Virus record (IMG/VR): IMGVR_UViG_3300010213_000001 | Location: 52,701 to 116,700 of that record | Reading direction: 5' to 3' (one strand) | DNA length: 64,000 nucleotides | Source: a virus | Taxonomy: Duplodnaviria > Heunggongvirae > Uroviricota > Caudoviricetes | Shown here: piece by piece, positions 38,701-46,626 of the stretch | Position numbering within the stretch: the stretch's first letter is position 1 | How the letters are laid out: every line of letters begins with the position of its first letter | Notes under the pieces: generated by a model | Database searches by the model: none | Told to the model about the DNA's origin: nothing | What the model saw: only the letters and a program-made list of their open reading frames with translations | Program-made: the position numbers and the translations under genes

Positions 38701-40291
38701 TAGAGGTTCTGAACAAATGATGAATGATGAAAGATTAGTTGCAGAGTATAAAGCACAATTTGAGTTGTTACCTGACAAGCTTAAGGACATGTTATTTAAG
38801 TACTTGTTATCTCATAGATCTTATGGGCTAAATTACAGTGTTGACAGTTGGTTTGGGTTCATGAACTACAAAATGTTTAAAAACTTTAATAAATTCTTAT
38901 TTAGAGCTGAAACTGTTCCTGGAGCTTTGCTGAAGCCAGAATATTTAATGAGACAAATATCTAACTTTGTTATGCAGCATCCTGAGCTAGTTAGACAATT
39001 TCCAAAGACTAGATTTTGGAACGGAGATCAAAATGTAAATACCATATTAAATAATACTGATATGTCTTACTCGTCTGCTGTAATGAGATTACCAGACAAG
39101 TTACCTGCTTTCACAATGGTTGAGGCTGGTCATTTAGAAACTGCATATGAAAGTCCTACTATTAACAAAGCAAAAACTAAACTACAATATCTATTTGATA
39201 TGGAAGTAGAGGGAGTAGAATCATTTAATAGTTTGTTTAAGAAATCTCTTAAGACTAAGAAGACCTTACTCAATAGAGTGAGTGATGCTCATAGTAAAAT
39301 TGTTGAAGAACTTGATAAACTTGAAGATAATGAATTCAAAAAAGCAGCACTAGGATCAGCATTTGATGTGAATGATAATATTAGTTGGTTGTCAAGCTTT
39401 ATTGAATATAAAGAGTATGGTGTATCCCCTGACCTATTCTCCACACTTAGCACATTCTATGATAATATAGATGGTAGCTTGTCTAAAGATATTGTAGACT
39501 TATATTTATCAACAGGAGTAAAGTATGTAAAATCTATTAACGATAATATACAGCAGACTAAAGATGAGTTAAGAAGTATTAAACAAAAGCTGAATAATAA
39601 TGGAGCTGTAGACATAACTTATCAAGGTAAAACTCAGACTTATGATAGTTGGTATAGAGAACTTCAACTTGATATTATGACTGAAGAGCAGATTATTCAA
39701 GATGAGCAGTTATCACAAACTTTAAATGATTTAGAACTATTACTAGATGATAGTATTATACAACTAAATAGTAGAAAGATTTCACTAGAAAATCAATTAA
39801 GTTCCAATATAGAAGATAGAAATAACTTATTCAAATATACTCCACAGACATTATATCTACCACAACCTCACTTTTATACATTAACTAAGTATAACGATTC
39901 TAAGGGCAATGCATATAAGAAACCTATAGTAGCGTTGTATATGGCTACTCCTTCTGTGTTAGAGCATGAGTATAAAGGCGATGTGCCATATGATCCAAAT
40001 GATTTTCCTCTTGTATATAGAAGAGTGTACAATTATAATGCTGATAGTAATATTAACCCATATTTTGTTACAGTTAATCTATTTAGTAATCAACTAAAAG
40101 GAGCTATGTTTAATAGTAGGAATAGTGGCAAAGACTTTATAGATGTTGGATGGAAATTAAATAGAAGAAACCAAGGTTCTATGTATCTAGATCAGATGTT
40201 ATCATCTTTAAATGATGATGCTGCCTACTTGAAATCTTTAATGGAAAGTGATAATAGAATTGATGATTTACATTGTCCACCTAATAAATAA
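32702..40291 (+). CDS. Giant polyvalent ejected protein carrying the probable C-terminal part of the virion RNAP
   Basis: N-terminal CPNKNLQEWKDLV; WCT...GDFYV...EVRG domain; zincin HELAH (35381). SLOG-like domain (HSGGAVGSD/GGTGYAV/FAGIGTR) with a nested ASCH-like insert; SAVDNAK at 37598. Confidence 0.7.
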   Translation: MAKLGFKCPNKNLQEWKDLVEIQGEQTAHYLWNKFDAIPEQYYKEIYNITSTITPQQSTSLVEATELVMKSISSRINVPLAEVYDKNRIITTSKNIDRESIEYFISTLIGGNVSDLEGDILYQDGKEYSIPNKYTKNLGLTSEDYFLSKVLDKEKDLTTGARVIKDGVKLSIRDSILSKIEEKYNSLVNNLEQSPYVIKEMSDSYIQFAARVAENNGDFSKAQQIRNFTPQQKKDNAELIRNNQIKDLQPWINYLNSRPDYPIEFKYLILSDILKYNVNEVNLKSNYVRLNKRNNTSVNSFESFNARGIASVFEKPTSSNMFLVDYTLELANKAATEAPTEKQFSRTNKGIWYKFINGDAKELSSLVRDTPWCTGSESTAASQLSVGDFYVFVPFNNEENEKIAIKFEGETIAEVRGTLNGQELKDSSTPIVDDFVTTNFPNQTNALNKIAYLKLRGRFIENEELWRDKGLVRELYELSQYNDAYEDDPFLVENENYIFDVVKEILEEVAYNYSPEIERIYSTRVEEYKIRENEDRVYFYLEDGTIVKIDITNKNLYINQRNRNRNNYIESFIYSDKAKRVNLDIDKNTYLGVNLRKGITNLKDIANEATDVDIKYWHNNAVPKIAKEFIVEGQYYEGLKASFRGGKLESSVGKAAHIKILLKVNPDLLNTFKLNNHYKHTIDNDVVNNLSIDALLKIISPKLQGDLEENIIYLDASTLDASTFFKIWDALSIEEKDNITIQNMSPSLYEDISLGIDNINLYYTNNYILTEGQWVGNTYVQEYNTIPLIKNGKVELQDSVYKDIDEEYTKIPRTYTFKNYQLVSAVYDENSDRYSKYFEYFNTKNLSDLEYYEEKYGSLYQKDKDLIRGVFTRLATDKSLILLHKDANITTPLHELAHLWETVLTSDEKSTILNWTKQSTWDRNTSERFAKGFEQYVYEGVKTGDSKVDSLFEKFKTWFTSIIDNFNKYFKGSDLNKDIKAIYNKMLISGNKLNENFSSLQEEQLISIYNELNIFDKEGITNQVEPTKKVDVLAKLKALTDKKKALKETLYPEQDKQDGAPKQIKNLSTLVNHSGGAVGSDTEWDTIGSDFGMVTNRHYYFEERTPRGNVEISEIDSEEGKIEAAKAAKRNFGYKFKTMKDSRLIRNWSQVKYSDAVFAIGKIVDKGEKLFPNQSNDTRTALVPSVTGGTGYAVGMAINQNKPVYVFNQEKSESSNKFISAKGKMTFSYGNNKRDDVKSDTTFEAIQNGERTATTRYESDGHINYWKNLKIGDIVEWEGANGEKQLVEITKPLHKLTGSGKTAEEWSKLEGWSVDYFNSKVKPKLNDAWQIEYKSVSDKKGYDVGWYRWDYASKDFTRTETPILTKNFAGIGTRNINNAGKQAIRDVYSKTTESINGNAASSVSLQLNKLDLSNASTDLLELNYRIKQLARKYDYNYNDRTIQKIWNHIKTNYYKRFAINPELGIVTDSNLSKQDILNSKELLVAAVAKLLESNLDQSTKQVYINQIRQQIIQATSNYDPNFELSATQENIIYVLDSIGVVNYNYNIENTTTIPDIPDILQAEINEWYNRELSNEEIFKYREALEPKIGIPYLIENTQSNYAYEIEQAKFVAGDDDSRGNKVNKWIESLIQSAVDNAKYLALGALQLSLSNADIQSAITFLGISKEAIIRLLTSKQFSEFFKEHALYDDIMELKGTSWETSLYRYARKYNLGIDRENTLGDSINYINAANTNGVVNKNLVNREYVYHMMNILISYSKEYSSLNDSLKATYPIKGRPTQQETQIRTILEGLGLKDMGLEALEDVLDGLEKHINQGNSVYSSRYFKKAMASSGNGLLPKGIVALSFPHVREMLRSHLQFHSIKQMNHLLHSPVIKEFIGELQSQLDTVQVNRTNSGNKVWNAMYNAISNIFLRESYTKESDVFADILDKEDGMFRQIELDSLATPDSITNNQEHFQLFKPKETEEFLSHAASVVREIKKKYPNNPRYRFIYSLDLEGDTIKLRGSEQMMNDERLVAEYKAQFELLPDKLKDMLFKYLLSHRSYGLNYSVDSWFGFMNYKMFKNFNKFLFRAETVPGALLKPEYLMRQISNFVMQHPELVRQFPKTRFWNGDQNVNTILNNTDMSYSSAVMRLPDKLPAFTMVEAGHLETAYESPTINKAKTKLQYLFDMEVEGVESFNSLFKKSLKTKKTLLNRVSDAHSKIVEELDKLEDNEFKKAALGSAFDVNDNISWLSSFIEYKEYGVSPDLFSTLSTFYDNIDGSLSKDIVDLYLSTGVKYVKSINDNIQQTKDELRSIKQKLNNNGAVDITYQGKTQTYDSWYRELQLDIMTEEQIIQDEQLSQTLNDLELLLDDSIIQLNSRKISLENQLSSNIEDRNNLFKYTPQTLYLPQPHFYTLTKYNDSKGNAYKKPIVALYMATPSVLEHEYKGDVPYDPNDFPLVYRRVYNYNADSNINPYFVTVNLFSNQLKGAMFNSRNSGKDFIDVGWKLNRRNQGSMYLDQMLSSLNDDAAYLKSLMESDNRIDDLHCPPNK

Positions 40292-40308
40292 ATTAAATAA
40301 TAAAACAA

Positions 40309-43300
40309 ATGAAATGTAGATTTGTACCAAAAGCTAAAGATAATTCTGGAGCTTCTATAAGTTACTTAGAACTAAACTCTATATTTAATATAGACAATAG
40401 TGAACTTAAAGAAAATAAGATAAAAGAATTATATAAGTTAGTTAGTAGTGATGTATTTCTTAATGAGTATAAGAAATATAATCCAGAACTTATACAAGGT
40501 GAGATAAGTCCATTTAACTTAGTTAAGTATATAAATAAAGCTTCGACACAAGAGAAATTTCCAGCTATAAGTGCTCTTTTATATGATGTAAGTGAAGGGA
40601 GTGATATAAATACCACATCATTATATACTATAGAATCTTTATCTAACTTATTAGGGATAAACTATAAACTAGATTATTCTACAGACTCACAAGCAATAGC
40701 ATACTATGAAAACGGAACTACTGTATTTAATGTGAAGAATCTTAATAACAGAGAAGATGCTGATAATATAATCTATCATGAGTTTACCCACCCAATAATA
40801 GATCATATACAGAGTAATGATTCTAGATTGTTTGATTTCTTTGTAAAAGAAGCTAAGAATATTCTTAGTAGTCAGGAAATGTCCGAAATAAGAAAGTTAT
40901 ATGATAAAGAAGATGCGCTAACACTATCTAAAGAGATAATTGTTAGAGCAGTAGATAAATTAAGAAACTCAACAGAACAAGACAAACCTAACAATCTACT
41001 GCAAACTCTTAAGAAGTACATCAAGTATGTACTTTCTAACTTATTTTCTAATATTGCTGGACCAACTCACTTTAATAAGTATCAAATTGATACTTTACAA
41101 GATGTAGCTCAGTTTATGAGACAATTACCAAACTCTCTAACTAATTTTAAGCTAGACATTGATACTAGTCTTAAATCTGCAGTACGTCAGAAGTATATTG
41201 GTTCCCAAGAAGAAGCTCCTGATGCTATAAAGAAAATGGGGTTGGAAGACGTAATAAATAGACTGTTTGATTATAAGTCTAATGGAACAACTAAGGTTAT
41301 TCAGGGGATAGAAAACTTTAGTATTGATAATTCTGAAGCTAGTAACTTCTTTTCAATAGACTATACTAGATCTACTTTAAAAGTAACGTATCCAAACGGA
41401 GAAACTAAATCAATTAGATTCAAAGACATATCACAACTTCGAACTATTATAGAAAGTGAAAAAAGACTATTAATTAAAGCTGTTGAAGCTTATGCGGAGA
41501 AATACTCCAGTGATCTATCAAGAATAATGAATATAAGAATGCCAGATCCAGGAGATAAAAGAGCTATAGAAAACTATGAGAAAGAGTTACAGAATATAAA
41601 TACAAGATATACTATTGATATGATGGGCTCTTTAATATATGATATTAGTAATAATAAGCCTGATGAAGTATATAACTACGCTACATTTAAGCAACTTTTC
41701 CCAACTCTAGCTATGCCTAATTTTAACGATGATAACTTAATTGTTACTGTTAGAAATGTAAAAGATAAAAATGGTAATACTATTAATAAAGTATATAACT
41801 TAATATCTCCTTACGTTGGATTTAATGATAGAACAAAAGAATATGAGTCATTTGCTAAAAAAATATACAAGAGTGACAGCATAGCAAGACAAAATGGTTT
41901 TACTATTAGTGATAATATAAAAGGTATTAAATCTATTAATGCTGCGATGCTAGCTATGCATATAGCTATTAATGATAATACTGCTAAATTTGAATCAGTT
42001 AAAACATTTAATATATTCGATCCAAGAACAATAGAAGAAATCAATCTAGAGGAAGCTGTATCTAATATACTTTCATTAGAGAGTAATCTACCAGACTTTA
42101 TATCCTTTATATCATTAAATAATGAGTATAAAGAACTTAAACCACTAGAAGAGCAAATCAAAAGTTTAGCAGAGAATGTTTCTAAAATGAAATCAGATAG
42201 GAGAAATAGTGTATTTAAGCAATCGTATATTCAATTACTATTCTCTCACGATCTTGGAAGAAAGAATTCACAAGGTGTAAGTTACAACTTATTTCAGAAC
42301 TTTAATACTTCAGATATAGAGAATGATCAACCATTAAGAGATAGACTTAAACGATCTATTGAAAAGAGATTGAGAACAATCGTAAAAAATTATGAGCACA
42401 GTATTGATGGTCTTACAGGAAAACGTAAGTTTGAATCTTTAAATACTGATATAGGTAAGGAGTATTTACTATTATCTTTAGCATTAATGGAACTAGATGG
42501 TAATAGGTATGGAGTAGATTTAACTCAACTCAATAGAGATATGACAATGGATAATAGTCTTGAGTCTTGGATTAAAGGGCAGGGGGACTACTTTGATTCT
42601 TTTACTAACTTTGTTATGAGCAATGTTAGAAAGATTATGGCTAGAGTTAAAGAGAAATTTATAATCTACCAAAGAGAGAAAAATAAATTCTTTGAGGACT
42701 ATTTTAAAGAACTAAAAGAATTCAATTCATTTAAGAACATAGCCTTTAACTATAAAGAAGATCTTTATACTAATTTATATGAGTATAAAATGGTTAGAGT
42801 AATGGATAAAGTACCAATTAAGAATAAAGACAATAGAGATAAAATTATTACTAATAATGTATTTCGTAAAGATGCTAATGGTGAATTTATTAAAAAAAGA
42901 GTAAAAACTGGCAGACTAAAGGATCCAACTACTTCAGGGTTAACTAAGTTTGAAAAACAGTTGATATTAAAAACTGCTAAGACTATAAGAGATGCAGTAA
43001 AAGAATTAGTTAGATCTAAGTATGATAATGGAGAATTACCTAGCGCTTTCCAATCTAAAGGAAATTTTGAAGAGGCTTTCGCAGACTGGGAATTACAAAG
43101 TATGGGAGCTACATTTAAGGGCAATACAAATGATGAAACTGTTTGGGGTAATTATCTAATGTTACCAGCTGTAAAGAAGGATGTTATAGCCTCTATACTA
43201 TCTGGAAATTTTAGAGAAGCTATAGATAACTTTGCTGAGCTAGAGTTTAATATGAATAATATGAGTCTAGATAAAGATTCGAAGCACGATTCTAAAAGTT

Positions 43301-44973
43301 TAGGCTTATTAGAGGTGTTTGTAAATAGAGCATCAAATTCTCCAGAAGTAAATAATATTTATGGAAATAGGCTTGGAGCTTTAGGGTTGGAAACGGATCA
43401 TAGTGGAGAAGTTTATCTTGTAAATGAAACTAAGAATAAGGGCATATCCATGGATTTGCAGTCATCTCTAGATTTCTATATGATGAAGTTATACAAACAA
43501 CAGGAAGCTAATGACTTAAATTATTTATATTATGTTGGTAGAACAGGGTTAATATATGAAGAGTTAAGAAGTAGAAAGAACAAAACAGTAGAGTTAGATA
43601 CATTAGAGCATGTGTTTATGCATATAGTTCATGACGAAATGCAGAAGGCTGGATTTGGAACAGGTAATAAGGATGTATCAAAAGTCATATCTGGTACCAC
43701 AGCATTAACTTCTAAGATAATACTATCTTACAATATTCCTTCTGCTGTTGTGGCTGTTGTAGGAGCTAACATGAGTTTGTTTACAACTGCATTAAGTAAG
43801 AAGTATGGAGAGCGATTCTTTACAGTAAAAGACTGGGCTTCTGCTACTAAATTTGTATTAAATCCTTCCAACCAGAAACTAGTTAATCATATAATGCATA
43901 CTATGCAATTTCATTCTAGTGATGAAAAGTCACTTATTTTTAATGAGAATCTAAAAGCTGGAACAAAAGATTGGGGACAGTTCAAGGGTATGTTAGTTGG
44001 TAGAAATTCTATGTATCTACAAGGTTTAGGAGATTATGAAGCAAAGGCAATAATGTTAGTGGCACAATTAAAGAAAGATGGTATCTTAGAATATTTTACG
44101 TTTGATAAAGATGGTAATTTGTATTATGATTGGGATGCGGAAGAGAGGGACGCTAAAACAACGCCTAATAAATTCAGTAAGTTTAGAAATAGAGATAGAG
44201 AAGTACATAAACAAGAATTAAAAAGAGACAATAGAGCTATGTACACTATTACTAAGACTGTAAAAGGTAAAACTGTGAGCATTGAGAACCCTCTTGTTCC
44301 TTATGATGAAAGAATGATGGATAGTCTATCTACTATTGCAAGTCATATGTTAGGTCAAGTATCTGATAAGCAGAGAGGTAAGTCTGATACTAACACTTGG
44401 GCTAAAGCATTTTTTCAGATGAAGTCTTACATAAGAGCAAGAGCTAATAACTTTTATTCTAGAGGATTTACCAATCCAAATATATCGTGGTATGATGTTG
44501 ATACAGACGGTAATACTAAGATTGAATTTTACTATCAAGAAGGAGCTGTAAATACCTTAATTAGTTATATTAAGTTAGTGAGGCAATTAGGACTTGGTAA
44601 TGCTGTGGAGGCTCTGGGACAGCTTAAGCCTGAACAACAAGCTAACTTAAAAAAGATGTTAATAGAATTTATTATATTTGCAGCTGCAGCAGCTGCATAC
44701 GGATTTGGAGTAGATGACGAAGATAAGAATAAAAATCCTTATCATTTCTATATAAAACAAGCAATAAATGACATTGTAGGTATTTATAATCCAATGGATT
44801 ATTTTGGAGCAATAACAACTCCAGCTACAATTGTATATGCTACAAGATTAGGAAATGCACTATTAGATGGTATGCAATTTGAATTTGATTCAGCATTAAA
44901 ACTGTCTGGAGCCACTAAGAATTTTACTCAAGTAACTTCGTTTTTTGACCAGCTTGAAGCAAATATAAAGTAA
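40309..44973 (+). CDS. Large ejected virion protein with zincin-like domain and C-terminal hydrophobic helix
   Basis: IYHEFTHP (40777)...KEIIVRAV; C-terminal LIEFIIFAAAAAAYGFGV; sole Cys at residue 3. Last gene of the + arm. Confidence 0.65.
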   Translation: MKCRFVPKAKDNSGASISYLELNSIFNIDNSELKENKIKELYKLVSSDVFLNEYKKYNPELIQGEISPFNLVKYINKASTQEKFPAISALLYDVSEGSDINTTSLYTIESLSNLLGINYKLDYSTDSQAIAYYENGTTVFNVKNLNNREDADNIIYHEFTHPIIDHIQSNDSRLFDFFVKEAKNILSSQEMSEIRKLYDKEDALTLSKEIIVRAVDKLRNSTEQDKPNNLLQTLKKYIKYVLSNLFSNIAGPTHFNKYQIDTLQDVAQFMRQLPNSLTNFKLDIDTSLKSAVRQKYIGSQEEAPDAIKKMGLEDVINRLFDYKSNGTTKVIQGIENFSIDNSEASNFFSIDYTRSTLKVTYPNGETKSIRFKDISQLRTIIESEKRLLIKAVEAYAEKYSSDLSRIMNIRMPDPGDKRAIENYEKELQNINTRYTIDMMGSLIYDISNNKPDEVYNYATFKQLFPTLAMPNFNDDNLIVTVRNVKDKNGNTINKVYNLISPYVGFNDRTKEYESFAKKIYKSDSIARQNGFTISDNIKGIKSINAAMLAMHIAINDNTAKFESVKTFNIFDPRTIEEINLEEAVSNILSLESNLPDFISFISLNNEYKELKPLEEQIKSLAENVSKMKSDRRNSVFKQSYIQLLFSHDLGRKNSQGVSYNLFQNFNTSDIENDQPLRDRLKRSIEKRLRTIVKNYEHSIDGLTGKRKFESLNTDIGKEYLLLSLALMELDGNRYGVDLTQLNRDMTMDNSLESWIKGQGDYFDSFTNFVMSNVRKIMARVKEKFIIYQREKNKFFEDYFKELKEFNSFKNIAFNYKEDLYTNLYEYKMVRVMDKVPIKNKDNRDKIITNNVFRKDANGEFIKKRVKTGRLKDPTTSGLTKFEKQLILKTAKTIRDAVKELVRSKYDNGELPSAFQSKGNFEEAFADWELQSMGATFKGNTNDETVWGNYLMLPAVKKDVIASILSGNFREAIDNFAELEFNMNNMSLDKDSKHDSKSLGLLEVFVNRASNSPEVNNIYGNRLGALGLETDHSGEVYLVNETKNKGISMDLQSSLDFYMMKLYKQQEANDLNYLYYVGRTGLIYEELRSRKNKTVELDTLEHVFMHIVHDEMQKAGFGTGNKDVSKVISGTTALTSKIILSYNIPSAVVAVVGANMSLFTTALSKKYGERFFTVKDWASATKFVLNPSNQKLVNHIMHTMQFHSSDEKSLIFNENLKAGTKDWGQFKGMLVGRNSMYLQGLGDYEAKAIMLVAQLKKDGILEYFTFDKDGNLYYDWDAEERDAKTTPNKFSKFRNRDREVHKQELKRDNRAMYTITKTVKGKTVSIENPLVPYDERMMDSLSTIASHMLGQVSDKQRGKSDTNTWAKAFFQMKSYIRARANNFYSRGFTNPNISWYDVDTDGNTKIEFYYQEGAVNTLISYIKLVRQLGLGNAVEALGQLKPEQQANLKKMLIEFIIFAAAAAAYGFGVDDEDKNKNPYHFYIKQAINDIVGIYNPMDYFGAITTPATIVYATRLGNALLDGMQFEFDSALKLSGATKNFTQVTSFFDQLEANIK

Positions 44974-44984
44974 TATAAGCATTT

Positions 44985-45025
44985 AAAAAAATCCCCTAAC
45001 TAGTTAAAGTTAGGGGATGATTTTT
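44985..45025. terminator. Bidirectional rho-independent terminator between convergent arms
   Basis: A6-ATCCCCTAACT-agttaa-AGTTAGGGGAT-gaTTTTT, located at the point of strand convergence. Confidence 0.85.
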
Positions 45026-45593
45026 ATGTGTCAGTTCTTACATAATTATATTTCGAGATAGTTGTATACATAAATCTGGGGAATGTCTCTTTAAAGAATA
45101 AGTCTTTTTCTAGAATATCAAAATCTTCTAATTCTCCTCCAAATAGTAATGCTTCTTTCTTCTTTCTCTTTTTATATTCTTCTTCTGTTTCTTCTATTTT
45201 CTTATTAAGATTTATAGACCAACTATTTATTTCAGCATTTCCACCATATCTTAGATTAGGAATATCTATAACTATAAACTCAACTATATCTAATGGAATG
45301 TAATCAGGTCTAATTATTGTTATATCTTGCTCTGTACAAGTTCTGTACATTATAGATATTTGAGAGAAAATTCCTTGATTGGAGTCATTAAGAGTGATAT
45401 AAATCACTTCATATTCAATATTACCAATATACGCTTTAGGAGCAGATTTAATTTCTATTCCGAGATCTAAATTACTTATTACTAAATATAGTAGCTTATG
45501 AATATCAGATGGAGTGTAGATCTCTAGTTCCTCATCTCTTATCTTTGAATTATATATTGTTGGTATTTTAGAATGTATATTACTTATTGCCAT
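45024..45593 (-). CDS. Hypothetical protein
   Basis: 189-aa ORF in a tightly packed - strand operon. Confidence 0.55.
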   Translation of the reverse strand: MAISNIHSKIPTIYNSKIRDEELEIYTPSDIHKLLYLVISNLDLGIEIKSAPKAYIGNIEYEVIYITLNDSNQGIFSQISIMYRTCTEQDITIIRPDYIPLDIVEFIVIDIPNLRYGGNAEINSWSINLNKKIEETEEEYKKRKKKEALLFGGELEDFDILEKDLFFKETFPRFMYTTISKYNYVRTDT

Positions 45594-46110
45594 AATAATT
45601 ACTTACGCTTACCTTCTTAGCATCTAATGGGTCATTTTCTAACTCTAAGATTATTTTGGGATATTCCACCGTTATTGTATAACCTAAAAGACTATCGTGT
45701 CCATTCTTAGCATCCCAGTTACATAACTCTGAATCATAGTAGATATATTCTTCTATTGATTGACAGATTTCTTCTTTTGACCAATATTCTATGCTTACAG
45801 GTTTATTCTCAAATATCTTTTTATATAATAAAGGAAACATATTATCTATAGTGTGAAGATTATAAATAATAACTGGAAAGTTAGGATTTATCACACCTCC
45901 TTGCTCTTTAATATAAATGATATTTAATAATCTGTCTACTTCTTTTATATAATCTAAATCTCTACTTGTAAAAGGTAGAGTTCTATTTCTAGTTGAGTTA
46001 GAAAATACTAACTTAGTATTTATAGTGATGTCTTGTGTATATCTCTCTATAGGTATATTAAACTTTTTAGCTTCTATAGCTTTCTTAACTTGATCTATTG
46101 TTGTGTTCAT
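45580..46110 (-). CDS. Hypothetical protein
   Basis: 176-aa ORF overlapping both neighbours, consistent with translational coupling. Confidence 0.55.
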   Translation of the reverse strand: MNTTIDQVKKAIEAKKFNIPIERYTQDITINTKLVFSNSTRNRTLPFTSRDLDYIKEVDRLLNIIYIKEQGGVINPNFPVIIYNLHTIDNMFPLLYKKIFENKPVSIEYWSKEEICQSIEEYIYYDSELCNWDAKNGHDSLLGYTITVEYPKIILELENDPLDAKKVSVSNYYGNK

Positions 46111-46625
46111 TAGTTTATTTCTTTAGTTACGTGTAGTATATTGGTATATCGCTCTAATATAGTATAAATTATTTCTTTTACTTCGTTACAGTAAAATTCT
46201 CTATAATTTCTTACTATAATATGATTACTGTTAAGTATGCTGTTAGTTAGCACTTCTTCTAGTTTAGCTATCTCTTCAGCTTCTTGCATAAATTTCATAT
46301 ATCTTGTTGAGTTGTTATTCAATAGTTCTGGTAACATCTCTGAAGCACATAAAGCGTCAGATATTCTTTCATATATGAATCTTTGGCAAGGTATGTATAT
46401 AATATACGCTTTTAGAGTATCAGATACAATACATGAGACATCTTTTTCATCAATTATAGTATGCGGCTTAGTATCAGGACCTTCTATTGCTTTCACATAA
46501 TCTGTTATATCTTTGCTAAACTTACAATCGGTTACTTTTATAGGTAGAAGTGAGTTTATAGTACTTAAACTCATTGTCTTAAGCTCCTCTTCTGTAAATT
46601 CTACATATTTAGTAGTACTCTGCAT
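46110..46625 (-). CDS. Hypothetical protein
   Basis: 171-aa ORF with a 1-nt overlap with the downstream gene. Confidence 0.55.
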   Translation of the reverse strand: MQSTTKYVEFTEEELKTMSLSTINSLLPIKVTDCKFSKDITDYVKAIEGPDTKPHTIIDEKDVSCIVSDTLKAYIIYIPCQRFIYERISDALCASEMLPELLNNNSTRYMKFMQEAEEIAKLEEVLTNSILNSNHIIVRNYREFYCNEVKEIIYTILERYTNILHVTKEIN

Positions 46626-46626
46626 A

